Shown piece by piece: positions 53,101 through 64,000 of a stretch of 64,000 nt of DNA; position 1 is the stretch's first letter; each line of letters begins with the position of its first letter. The notes under the pieces are model-generated. The model had not been told where the DNA came from. It ran no database searches and saw only the letters and a program-made list of their open reading frames with translations. Source of the stretch: Ramazzottius varieornatus (taxonomy: Eukaryota; Animalia; Tardigrada). The position numbers and the translations under genes are program-made. The DNA lies in contig BDGG01000002.1 of NCBI GenBank assembly GCA_001949185.1, positions 4,206,448 to 4,270,447 on the forward strand, read 5' to 3'.

Positions 53101-56100
53101 CAGCAGCAACAACAACCGCCGCCGCGTCTGCAGTTACGTCAGGAAGCTCTTACGTTCATCGGAAACAAGCCGGTCAAAGGAGTGGTAGTGTGGATTGGTC
53201 AGCCACATTTCGCTCCTCAACAGCTTTACGTCGGGCTGATGATGGTAAACCAGGCTTAGACCATCAAAGACAGTAGTGTTCGATAATTGATGTGTTCGTA
53301 TTGAATGATGTAAATGTTCCGTTGAACTGAATCTTTTTTGGTCACAGTTGCAAGCTGGCGATGGGACAAATGCTGGCGCGAATGGATGGGTCGATGGATA
53401 TCACTACTTCGAATGTCTGCCTAATTGCGGCCTGATGTGCTTGGCGGATGAAGTCCATTCCATGGATTTGCCACAAGCGCAACAGCAGTTCTCACCGGCA
53501 CTTTCTCCCGTAGCTCAAGCACCTGCTAGATTCGGCTTTGCTCACCAGGCAAGTGGCTCTCCACCAGCAGCCTACCATCCTACTCGACCTGCTGCTCCGG
53601 TCCAGGTAGCGCCTGTACAGCGTCCACCTGTACAGTCCGAAGAAAGTGTCCGAGCTGCCATCCAAGAAGCAGACGTAAGATTTCGGAGGCCTATCTTTTC
53701 GAGACGAAAATGATTAATTTGCTGGGCTTTTCTCCAGAGGCTTGAGCGACTGGAGAACGAGAGAAAGTCTCACGTGGCTATTTTCCAAACCCTTGCCAGT
53801 GAAGAACTAGGTGGTGTGGAAGTGACCGTGGAGCTCCCAGGGACCAAAGGGTTCGTGAAGTTTTGTCCCAGACCGAAGCCGTTTGATGGAGAACAAGAGT
53901 TCAGCGTTACGACTTTGGTCATGCCAGTGGCTGATGGTAATGGAAACGCCGGGTTCGAGCCACGAAAACAGAAGCGATCGATCGAGTACTTGCCTCCAGT
54001 CTTCCTTCACTTCCAGCTGACGGAAGGCTTTCCTGAGAAAATCCCGCCGACGTATCAAGTGAAGTGCAACTGGCTCCCGAATGACAAGGTGAGAAATTTT
54101 ATCGACTTCATTAATGTTGCCACGGAATTTCGACATATTATTTGATGAAAACTTCTTGGTGAATGAAAATTCGAATAAATTTCGCAGCATGAAAATTGTC
54201 AATTCACCAGCATCGTTTTCCCCAGTGGCGTACCTTCTGAGCTAATAGCAATGAGAAAGTGCGCTACTCGTAATATCGGAACAATTTGGCAGAACTTGTT
54301 TGCCGACGTTACAGGTATGGACTAATATCGTAGTTCGTTTTCCGAAAAGTGCTTCACTTCCTGTCGTTGTGCTAATCGTTAACCGAAGTGTACTGAAATA
54401 CAACGAGGTATTTTGTTTTGTAGATTGACGTTCTTCGAGAAAGATTGGTGAAGTCATGGAAGGATAACGTCAGACAAGCTAATAAGAATATCCTCTTCGA
54501 AGCAACGAGAGTTCTCCGCTGCGACCTACTATCCATAGCTGGACTGGAATTCGGCATTGTCTACTACAGTCAAGCCTTGGCGGACTTTGTCGGCATTTTG
54601 GAGATCGAGCCAATTGCCGGTCGGTGCTTGTACGCTACCGACAAGGAAGTCCAGGATACCGTCAACCGCATCGTGAAGTTCGATGAAAAGACCCGCAAAG
54701 AGGCGCTCGAGAAGGACTTGGTTGAATGTCCGATCTGTGCATCGTCCTATGCACCGGCCGAAGTGAACATTTTTTCGACGACATGCTCGCACATGTTTTG
54801 TGTTGGCTGTGTGACCCAACATGTCAAGACTCAAGTGGAAGGCAACAACTGGGACAAGATACCGTGCATGCATGACGGCTGTGAAATCACGGCGCCTCTA
54901 CACGAGGTAAGACTAGCTAGTGGTTCTGGCCACTGGAAAAGCCGAGCAAAGGAGAAAAACCATTGTAGAGCGAGCAGTTTTACTTGTGACTCACAGTACG
55001 GTTCCCCAGTAAAATTTTTAATCGCCCCGATCAAGTGGCGTGTTTTTTTCAGTACTGTGTTTGCGATATCTGAAAGCTCGAAGAATCTGATCGTCCATTG
55101 AAATCTCGACAGACTCAAAAGGGCCTCGCTTCGCTCGACCTGATTATTGGGGAACTTGTAGACAAACTCGACCACAACGTTCTCCCAGCTGACGCATGCT
55201 ATCGGCCAACATCACTGAAGCCGAACGCCACTTGACAGGACAACGAAACCTGGCAAAAGTGATTTTTCCAAGTGGCGCACCCTATCAGCCGGTATCACAG
55301 AAAACGTGCGCCACTTGGGGAAAGTGATCTAGTTGAGTCTGTTTGCCGAGCTGAGCGAGCTCCTATTTGTTGACGAAAAACAAGATATCAAACTAAATGA
55401 AAAGTTATATCACTATGCTGGAAAAGTTCCTCAGGGGAATTCTGCTTTTGGGTTTTGCAGTTGAGTGATCTGGTTGAGCCGATCATCTTCGAGCAGCTGA
55501 ACAGGTACGTCAACGACAAATTCTACGATAAGATGGAAGATGTGAAGCGGTGTCCAAAGTGTAAGCACCCGGTGGTTTACGGAGCAGAAATGCTCAGTGC
55601 TGACCAGCGGTACATTACATGTCCGGATGACACTTGCGGCACCGAGTATTGTCCTCACTGCGGGAAGAGTGGACATGGCGATCAGCCTTGCCTGAATGAC
55701 GGTACAAGCGGATGAGATAATTCGCTGACGATCCTTACTTTTTCCATCTTTTGTATCTTTTAGTTCTACCGATACTTTTTTCTAGAACAAAAGGCACAGC
55801 TGGGGCAAGAGTACGAGAACGCTATGCCGGAAGGGAAGCTGGCTCTTGAGAAGCAATATGGCGCCGAGAACATTCGTCATGCCATCGAGGACTTCAAATC
55901 GGAAGAGATAATCCGGACCAAAATGAAGCTGTGCCCTAACTGTAAATGTCCCACCGAGGTAAGCTACACGGAAAGACCGTCCTTGATGCCTTTGTCTTGA
56001 TTTTTCGAAGTTACAAAGTGAAATAAATGTTTTTCGTAGAAAATCGAGGGTTGTAACAAGATGGCGTGTACCCGTTGTCACACTTTCTTCTGCTACATCT

Positions 56101-56177
56101 GCGGTGTCCAGTTGCCCAAGGAAAATCCTTATGGTCATTTCGATCGCGGTGGCTGCAGGAAGTTTGACCATTATTGA
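50179..56177 (+). CDS. Chimeric protein: CYLD-type N-terminal domain + 6 CAP-Gly + RNF14-like RWD-RING1-IBR-RING2 E3 ligase (~1426 aa, 12 exons)
   Basis: Exons 50179-50839, 50901-51109, 51174-51488, 51553-51837, 51937-52389, 52600-53244, 53348-53674, 53738-54088, 54424-54906, 55461-55701, 55786-55958 and 56040-56177 all join in frame via GT-AG. RWD: YLPPVFLHFQLTEGFPEKIPP. RING1: CPIC..CSHMFCVGC..CMHDGC. IBR: CPKC..CPDDTC..YCPHC..H..C. RING2: CPNC..KIEGCNKMACTRC..FCYIC..NPYGHF. Confidence 0.85.
52426..52528. repeat. Best-preserved copy of the palindromic repeat (MITE-like), intron of the chimeric gene
   Basis: caaacaaactcgacaaga..ttttcccaagtggcgcac-N25-gtgcgccacttggaagaa..tcttgtcgagtttgtttg. 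Confidence 0.88.
54222..54270. repeat. Palindromic repeat core, intron of the chimeric gene
   Basis: ccagtggcgtac...gtgcgctactcg. Confidence 0.7.
55186..55317. repeat. Two tandem palindromic repeat cores (55186-55234 and 55269-55317), intron of the chimeric gene
   Basis: cagctgacgcat...gaacgccacttg and caagtggcgcac...gtgcgccacttg. Confidence 0.8.
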
Positions 56178-56949
56178 GCATTTGTTTGAGACCAAATCGA
56201 AACATTCTTCCAAGAGTTACCAAGGATATTCTGTCCTATACGTCAGGTTGATACAACATCATTATTATGTAGTTAGCTCTTATTTTACGTGCCTGTGTCT
56301 GATTTCCGATGGTGATTTCTACCGAGATCTAGTTCATTGTATAGTCCTGGGTCTTTCCTTTTTTTACAAATTTTATAACGGGTATCCTAGATGAATCCAT
56401 TACGTTGTGCTTTGGGGTTTTGCACAAACATTGAATTATAAACAATATACGAAGATATACTACCTTATTGATAGGAGTGCTCGAAAATGGCTATGGGGTC
56501 AGCATCTGTACGTGTGTACGGGTAACACGATGGCCCATACTTTTGCGGGCCTCCATTGCATGCTCTTCTGAGACTAATGAGATCATCCTTGTGATTGAAT
56601 GGTTGAGTAGTAAAGGTAATTTCCCGACAGTTGTACGAAACAGTGCATCGACGTTCCGAGGTTTCATAATCTCCAACAGAGCTTCTCGGTCTTTCGGGTC
56701 AACCCCACCGTGGATGATTGAATTTTACGATACTGACGTGTTTATTAGCGCACTGCATGGGAACTGTGTATCGGTAAGTTACTTAGCCCGTCGCGTGCCA
56801 CATCTCTTCCGCCCCATTTGATGCCGATTTGTAACGACGCCGGCATTAACAGATTCTGTCAACAGCCTGTCGAGACTAAGTTTAACTCAGATTTCCCGAC
56901 TTCCGTCTCAAACCTTACTCTGTGCTGTAACTGGACAGAAATCTTCCAG

Positions 56950-58503
56950 ATGGAATCTTCGAACTCGAGTGCGGCGGCATTATCGTTGAATCATTCCATC
57001 AATACTAGCCGGGTGCCCAACCCTGACCATCTAATTTCCGCCGAACCATTTACCACCGAGCAACTCATACGAATCTTTACCGTTACCATTGTCGTGTATC
57101 CGATCTTACTGACATTTTGCACCGTGGGGAATATTTTGAGCTTCGTCGTTCTGATAAGGGAGAAACGCAAGGGCAGCACGAACATTTATATGACGTCAAT
57201 GGTCATTTCCGACTTCTTCATTCTGTGAGTCCCGCAATTAAACTGAGGTTCTTCCCCCATCATGCTCGCTACTAACGAATATCGGTTATCGACCGAAGAG
57301 TACCGTTCATGCTAGAACTTGCGCTTGTGTACCGGCAAATGTTATTCTTTCCAGATGGTTGTATTTGCCGCCATACCTATACAACGCCAGTCTATCTCTC
57401 CGACGAAATCCGTCGTTCAAGCGGGGTTTTAGTCGGATTCATGGTCCTCAAGTGTGGCTTCAAGAGACCTTCATTCAACAATCAGACTGGTAAGCTGGTT
57501 CTTTTCCTGTTTTGAAGATTACTGCGCCGAAGTACAGAAGCATGACTTTTGAGCAAAAATTCTTGTTTATAGGACGCTGATACTTTTCTCGGTAGCAAGA
57601 TTATGCGCCATAGTGCAGCCATTCAAGTGGCAGTGGATCCACGATGCTCAAATAACCAGACGGACCTTAATTATATTGTCCTTCCTGTCTGCTGTTTTTA
57701 CGCTCAATAACGTCGTGAAAATATCCTATCTTGATGCAAAAAGCATCGGTATGGATCACGCACCCTCCTGGCTCGCTGAGTGGTCGGAAATACAGCATCA
57801 AGCTGAGGTAAGCACCGAAAGGAAAGCCGAAAGTGGGCCTAAAGTTCTTCACTTTGATGCACAACACTAATTAGGTTAAGAGCATATCCTCAATAAACCT
57901 TCTGTCCGCGCGTGGTTGCAGGTCGTTTGCACGATGATAAAGGTCTCCTTTCTAATAACGATCAATGTGGCTGTGTTAATAGCGCTGAGGAGACAACGCG
58001 CGGAGGAGATTGGAGAAACTCTGGATGTTCAACCGAGTACCGGTACCACGAACAGCCGGAAGTATAAGAACAGTAATTACATCTTGCTCGGAAGTGTGGC
58101 AATGTACTTGGTAACACAAGCGCCGTCCTTGATCGTTAACTGTCTGATGATTGCGGCGGACAACTATGGATCATTCCGTTTTCCCCAGTCGGTGCGACTC
58201 TTTATCAACCCGTTCGCTTCGATGAGCTATTTCACTTCATATTCGGTAAACTTCCTGCTGTACCTGGCAGTTAGCGAGCGTTTCCGAGCACAGTTTGGTC
58301 AGATGCTCGGGCGAAGATGGGGACTGCGCGCTGATTCCTCGAACCCACAAGGCAGCGTCCGACCTCGACCAGGTCACAGCGGCGCAGGCAAACCGGAAAA
58401 CGGGTTCTTCAACATGACACAAGCTTTCCGAACGAATACCACCAACCTACAACTTCAATATTCAAGTTCAATTAGCGAAGTACAGTTACAGTCCCCGATG
58501 TAA
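56950..58503 (+). CDS. Orphan rhodopsin-class GPCR (FMRFamide/peptide-receptor-like, divergent)
   Basis: N-glycosylation sequons in the N-terminus, TM1 VGNILSFVVL, TM2 YMTSMVISD, TM3 end SVARLCAIVQP, TM6 YLVTQAP and TM7 SYSVNFLLY..SERFR. Four exons. Confidence 0.85.
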
Positions 58504-58941
58504 CGTTATTGAGATTCCGGCTCATTTCTGCCAAATTATTTTTAAAAAACCCGCACCTGGCCTAATTAATGGCCTGGACAGAAAATTGGTGGCACTCGGC
58601 CGAAAGCGGCAGGTGCCCGCTACTGATAAAACTGGACCGTCAATCAATGTGCTGCCGACTTTGGCCTGCGGCTTATGATTTTTCCAGGTCAGTAACTAGT
58701 TGGATGCATATACTTGTGATTAATTTTTTACATTCGGCTGATTTCAGCTTGCTTGTCCAGAATTTTCATCTCAATTTTTCCTTTCTTGGGTGTGTCTCGT
58801 TCCAGAGGAGAATAAAACAGAAGCAGTAAGGCCAACAAGGTTATCACAACAAATAATCCATGTACGATACATTGCACGTAAATAACAAAAATGAGGTATC
58901 GGAAGGTATCTGGACAAAATGTACTGTACAAATATTCGAGC

Positions 58942-60960
58942 TTACACAAGTGTAAAAGCCAGCATGAGTTTGGCGATATTAGCTGAGACCAGCTCGTAGT
59001 CACCAAGTTCGGCCTGTTCATACAAGTCAGTTGCTTGAGGTATGAGGTCCGCCAAGTCCACTTCTTGAAGGTCCAGCTGCACTACCCGGTCTTCCTGTTC
59101 GGCAGGTTTGGTCACTCGAACCAGTCCGGCAGTGGGCTCACTCGTGGCGAACAAGATCTTTCCACCGTATACACCAGCCTCCCTGGCAAGAAGCCGACTC
59201 AACGAAGGAATCACATGGGGCATAATGGGACCATCAGAAAGTTCAATGTGCGTCAGGTTGTCCGAACGAGAGTGCTGATACTGTAAGACCAAACAATTAG
59301 ATGAACTCATGGAGATCATTATCAAGAAAACATACCTTCAGCCGCTGCAGGGTTCCGTTCGTGAAGCTGTTCGGAGCGATGAGAGTCGGTGGGACGTTGT
59401 TTAAAGGACCTCCAGCTGGAAGTAGGTCCTTCACGGAGACCAACAGCTTCACGAACTTCGTCACTTCAGTGCCAGTGACGCTTATCAACGACTCTGGACG
59501 ATGGTCATACTGCAAGTCCTGTGCGTAGGTATCCTCCACGTAGATTTTCCCCACTGTCTTGCACTGGCTCTCGATCCAGTGGGTTCCATGTTCCAAGCTA
59601 TCACTTCCTCCACTCGAATTCAATCTAACAAAAGACAGCACGCGATGGAACTTTCCGTTAATCATTTCCATCCATAATCAGAGTAATGTTTGCTTACTCT
59701 TCTGGAATGTTTGCTCCATTAGACGAGGTCGGTTTTAGCGGCATGTCGAATTTCAGCTTGTTTTCTCGAAGAGCTTTCCGAAAACCCATGCTAGTGGGCG
59801 TCACGTAAGCTTTCAGCAGGTCTGCTTGGTTAAGCTCTTTGGCCAGGATCAAAGCTGTCCATTGGTGAGTTGCGATGTAGAAGTAAGGACACAAAGCACC
59901 TTCGACAGCATTCATGAGCTCCAGAACAGCCGCATCCCAGTTAGACTGCAAGGATGGCATCAAGCGCTTCCAGTCCACCGAGGCAAAGCTGGAGCTGAAA
60001 GAAAATCCTCTTTTATACTGTACATTTACAAAAGAAGACCAACAATCAAACGATTGAATAAAGATACAGACCTGTTTGTTGAGGAAAGCCTGGGAAATGT
60101 GCGGGTTCCATTCAGACACGGGTACAGCCAGTATTTCATGTGGCGTGCGAACTGGACTGGTGGAGGCGCTTGCTTCGTGAAAGTCTGTAAAAACGAGCAC
60201 CACATGTTCAAGAACTGTTCTCTACTCCAAGGAACGAAGTACCCTTTCTTGAACGTACAGATAGTGAAGAAAATGGCTGGTCGGAATAGTTGGTTTCTTT
60301 GAGAAAGGACACTTCGTTTTCCACGCTGAATCGGACCCTCGTCTTCAAGCTCCAGTCAAAGAAATCGCGGTACGGCACATAAGCCTGCAAAACGGAACGA
60401 ACAGAGGGAGTGACGTCACTGAAGTTATTTGATTTTTGATTGACTGGGTATCTAAATTTCAAATTGTGAATTTCTGATTTGAATTTGACTACCTTTTTGA
60501 CAGCTGCTTTTTGCGTTTTCTCCGCTACTTTTTCCGTCTTGGCGAATACATCCGGATTGAAGAAAACTTTGCTCTTCTTCTCATGCAGCTTTAGGTTCTC
60601 GACTAACGGACTGGCTTCCACAATCTCCAGAGCGAGAGGTAACGAGCCAGTGTACAGATCGAGGACATCTGCGTCAACTTCCGGTGCGGAATTCTGTCTC
60701 GTGAAGGGATTCACGTGTCCGCTGGCCGACTTCTTGGAAGAACTACCACTTTCCGATCCACGATCGAAGTCCAGACCACTGTCGTCATCTTGGGACAGAC
60801 TTCTCTTCGCCCCAGACAGATCCAACGTCCGTCGAGATCTGAGCTTCGAGATGGCCACTTTCGGACGACTCCAAGTGCTGGATGCCGTTCGTTTGCCCGA
60901 GCTGATCAGGGACGGATCAGAGTTGCATGTCTTTAGAGGAGATTTCTTCTTCGGAGACAT
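58942..60960 (-). CDS. DONSON: Downstream neighbor of Son (DONSON/humpty dumpty) replication fork protein
   Basis: DWSLKTRVRF, LCPYFYIATHQWTAL, YVTPTSMGFRKAL, VPPTLIAPNSFTNGT and IELSDGPIMPH. The start codon is tentative. Confidence 0.88.
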
Positions 60961-62170
60961 CGCTGGATGTTCTCGTTTCTGGAATACAGAGAAGCAGGTG
61001 GATGAACGAGAATTTCTCCGATTTTGACGAACATTCACGAAATGTGGTAGACAGATAGACATACCGTACTTTGGTCTCGTTTTCCTAGAAGTTCCCAGTG
61101 ATCTCCTCCTCTTTTACAGAGCAGTCAGTCTCGCAAGAACTTGCTCGTGAGTCGTGGATTGTCCTGAAGGTCCGTGAAGGAAGAAAGTTCAACCTTTTTC
61201 TGTCTTCCAGGCTCCAGGATAAAGAAATCCCTCCACTCCAGTAGTGCAAGCTCGGATGCCCGCCCACCCGTTGGGGTTGTACAAATGGCGGGAAGGAACT
61301 GTGGTCGGTACGCTGCGGCGCACTACGGCTTGCCATGCCTGCACGGAGGCGCCACTGGTCTCTGCACAATTCGCTGAGCAATCATTTTAGAGGAGGACAG
61401 CGGTCCTACCCTAACTAACAACGACTGGAACCGATGTGTAGCGCCAGATTAGTCCCTCGTCAAGCACAAGAAATCGCCCTTTTCTTGAAGACATTGGCTT
61501 CTAGTCGTCAAGAAGTTTGCCGGAACGGCGTCGAAGTCTGAGACTCGGTGGAGAACCGCCACATTCGGTCCTGCAGATAACTCCTGCCGGTACGGCTTTC
61601 CGGTTACCAGTGTTCAGTCCATGCATAGAGGTCTTGACTTACCGTGCTGTTACGTAACTGGGAAAATGAAAATGGCGCACCATACAGCAATATTGATTTT
61701 GTTGTCTGCTGATGTTTGGGTTTTCACCGGACTGATCTATGGAAAATACCAGTCTCTAATTTTGACGCACAAGGCGCGGGCTCGATGGCGTCTGACAGTG
61801 CTTTGGTCGGCAGCAAACCATTTGACTTCACCGACAAAAGCTAGGTGATTTGGATGTTATCCAATCTAGTTTAGGCTATCAGCACATTCCTTAAGGGAAC
61901 AAAGTTGGAAAATTTTCCTGTTGTACAACTATGGGACGCCTAATGTCATGCGTTATCGTCGGTTCAGAACTACAATAGGTGCTATGAATGGTCGATAACT
62001 TAATACACCAGGTACTAGGCGTTCATTTTTCTTATCGTTTGTTTTTCTTTCCAGGTTAGTCCAGACATTCAAAAACACCGTCGGTGGACGAACTCGCGTT
62101 ACCGGCGCACTTTGTGTGGTTGGACTCATCTGACCGACCACCGGTCTTCCCGAAAGGACACCCGCCAAGA

Positions 62171-64000
62171 ATGGTTCTTGTCTGGATTCTCTATGCGCTC
62201 GTGTTGCTAGCAGGATACTTCATTTTGTGAGTGGTCGATCTGGCTCTAGGAGACAATGCTGAAAAGCATGGTGTTAATAATTTTTTCGCAAAATATTGGG
62301 GACAGCTCGTCATGACTTAACATTGCGTACCAGTGCGCATGCGGCGTTTGTGTCGACAGCATCGCGGGACTGCAACGTAGAAGTTTTCTTTTCGTAGCGA
62401 CGCACTGTGGAAATTTCAATATTGGAAGAAAAGAGGAATCTCTGGACCGCGCCCACTTCCACTTGTCTACTTCGTTCCGCATATCGCCAAAGTAAGCAAA
62501 CTCATTACCGTTGTGACACTCCAGGAGTCCTAAAAGTGATTCGTAGAATCTACCTACAGGGCATCGGAGAGTTCGACATTCGGAATATCAAGAAATACGG
62601 ACCTTTATACGGTTACTACGATGGCGGAGTGCAAGTTTTGGTTACTTCTGATCCAGGTCAGATGCTCATCCCAAATCATGCACATGTTTATACCGGTCCG
62701 TCATTTTTGTGTTATGGTTAGACATGCTGAGGAGCGTAATGGTCAAGGACTTTTCCCATTTTGTGAACCGACGGGTAAGGTACCACATTTTTGTCCGATC
62801 GGTGATCTCGTTCTGCAGGCATCACCTGACTGTAGCATGCGGACTTCAATGGACCTTTCTTTGAGCGGGCTGTGTCTGAGCTTCGCGACCAGCGATGGAA
62901 GGACGTGCGGAGTGCTTTAGTGCCGGCGTTCACATCCGGAAGGATGCGACAGGTAAGGCAAAACAATATCATATAACAAGCACCCCCAAATCTATCTTCT
63001 CCGTCTATAAATTCTCGAGCGTGTATATTACGTAACAGATGGACGAGTTGATGAACGAATGCTGCGCAACACTTGAGAGAAACCTCGCAACGATGAGCGA
63101 TCAGAAAACCGAGTTTGATTTGAAGGAGTAAGTGCGATGCCGTCCGGACGAAACGTACAAGATCGTTGTCTGAAGTGGCGCACGTTTGCAGTCACTAAAA
63201 ATGAAAAGGTGCGTCTATTGAGAGACTCTCAATATCGTTTTCCCAATGGCGCACACTTTCAGCCAACGACAATGAGAAGGGCGCCACTTGAGTTGGCGGT
63301 CTTGTAATCTTCGTTCGTCGGCCTCCCTAATTTTTCCAGCTGTTTTTCTTTTTGGGGTATGCGTACACTTCTAGATGGGCTTCTCGTCATATTGCAGGTT
63401 TTTTCAGGGAGTGACAATGGATGTCATTGCTTCGACGTTTTTCGGAACGAGGATTGACTCCCAGAACGACCCAGACAACGTATTCGTCAAGAAGGCAAAA
63501 TCCGCGTTTGAGGGCGGGTTCTTCTCCCTTGCAACGTTAATTTACTGTAAGAGCCGCCATCCTCTTTTAGTTCTGAAACCCGTTTCAGGAAACTGAATGG
63601 GTTTACTGTTTTAGTTCTGTTTCCACGGGTATGGCCGATTGCAAAAAAGCTGGGTCTGCAAGCTATACCGAAGACTACCGTGGACTTCTTTGTTGACAAC
63701 ACTTTCGAAATCATTCGAATGCGAAGAGCCACAAATTTAGTGGGTGAAGTTTATTCCTTCCTCACGCTAACCCTACCTAGAACAAATACCACGGCTCTCA
63801 TTAGACTGGTAAGTCATAGCTTTTGTGCTTCAGAACCGCCGGGACTTCTTGCAGTTGATGCTGAAGTCCGTGGAAGCGGCTGAAAATGGTAAAGTTCGTC
63901 TCCAGTCCAACGGCTCCTCCACGGGCTTTAGTCGCTCCGACAGCCCTTCGGAAATGATGAACGGGGATCTGAACGACGTCGTTCCTCATGAGTTGACAAA
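62171..64000 (+). CDS. Cytochrome P450, CYP3 clan (5' part only)
   Basis: TM anchor, WKKRGISGPRPLP, DP|DMLRSVMVKDFSHFVNRR, WKDVRSALVPAFTSGRMR, TMDVIASTFFG..IDSQNDP and RRDFLQLM. Confidence 0.93.
63172..63290. repeat. Two tandem palindromic repeat cores, CYP intron
   Basis: gaagtggcgcac...gtgcgtctattg and caatggcgcac...gggcgccacttg. Confidence 0.75.

Noticed and set aside
2663-63290. Palindromic repeats with constant-length spacers as a CRISPR-like array
   Set aside because: Copies are dispersed rather than tandem, spacers are homologous to one another, there are no cas genes, and the context is eukaryotic.
1-64000. tRNA/rRNA genes
   Set aside because: None recognised by eye; tRNAscan-SE or Infernal would be needed to exclude them.

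Overview
Gene-dense eukaryotic (animal) DNA with roughly balanced GC and mostly 55-100 bp GT-AG introns. This style is consistent with a compact invertebrate genome; a tardigrade such as Ramazzottius is my guess, not provable here. The window holds about 18 spliced protein-coding genes, in order: SYF2 (partial), MCMBP, EHD, EIF1AD, CENP-S, otopetrin, a repetitive secreted polyprotein, PTPN14/21 (Pez), a GT11 fucosyltransferase, XRN1, threonine aldolase, CYLD, CHK1, IVD, a CYLD-N/6xCAP-Gly-RWD-RBR chimeric E3 ligase, an orphan GPCR, DONSON and a CYP3-clan P450 (partial). It also holds a decayed intron-containing pogo-like transposon, several MITEs, a dispersed palindromic repeat family (13-14 copies, mostly intronic) and a 50-N gap. 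The top finding is a 12-exon, ~1426-aa gene at 50179-56177. It joins the CYLD N-terminal domain and six CAP-Gly repeats to an intact RNF14-type RWD-RING1-IBR-RING2 ligase, and lies 6.7 kb from CYLD itself. This is a candidate ubiquitin writer/eraser pair sharing a targeting module. The second finding is a ~953-aa secreted, cysteine-free precursor with about 9-10 furin-type sites that would release five near-identical 40-aa-motif peptides. All exon models were derived by hand; no database searches were run.
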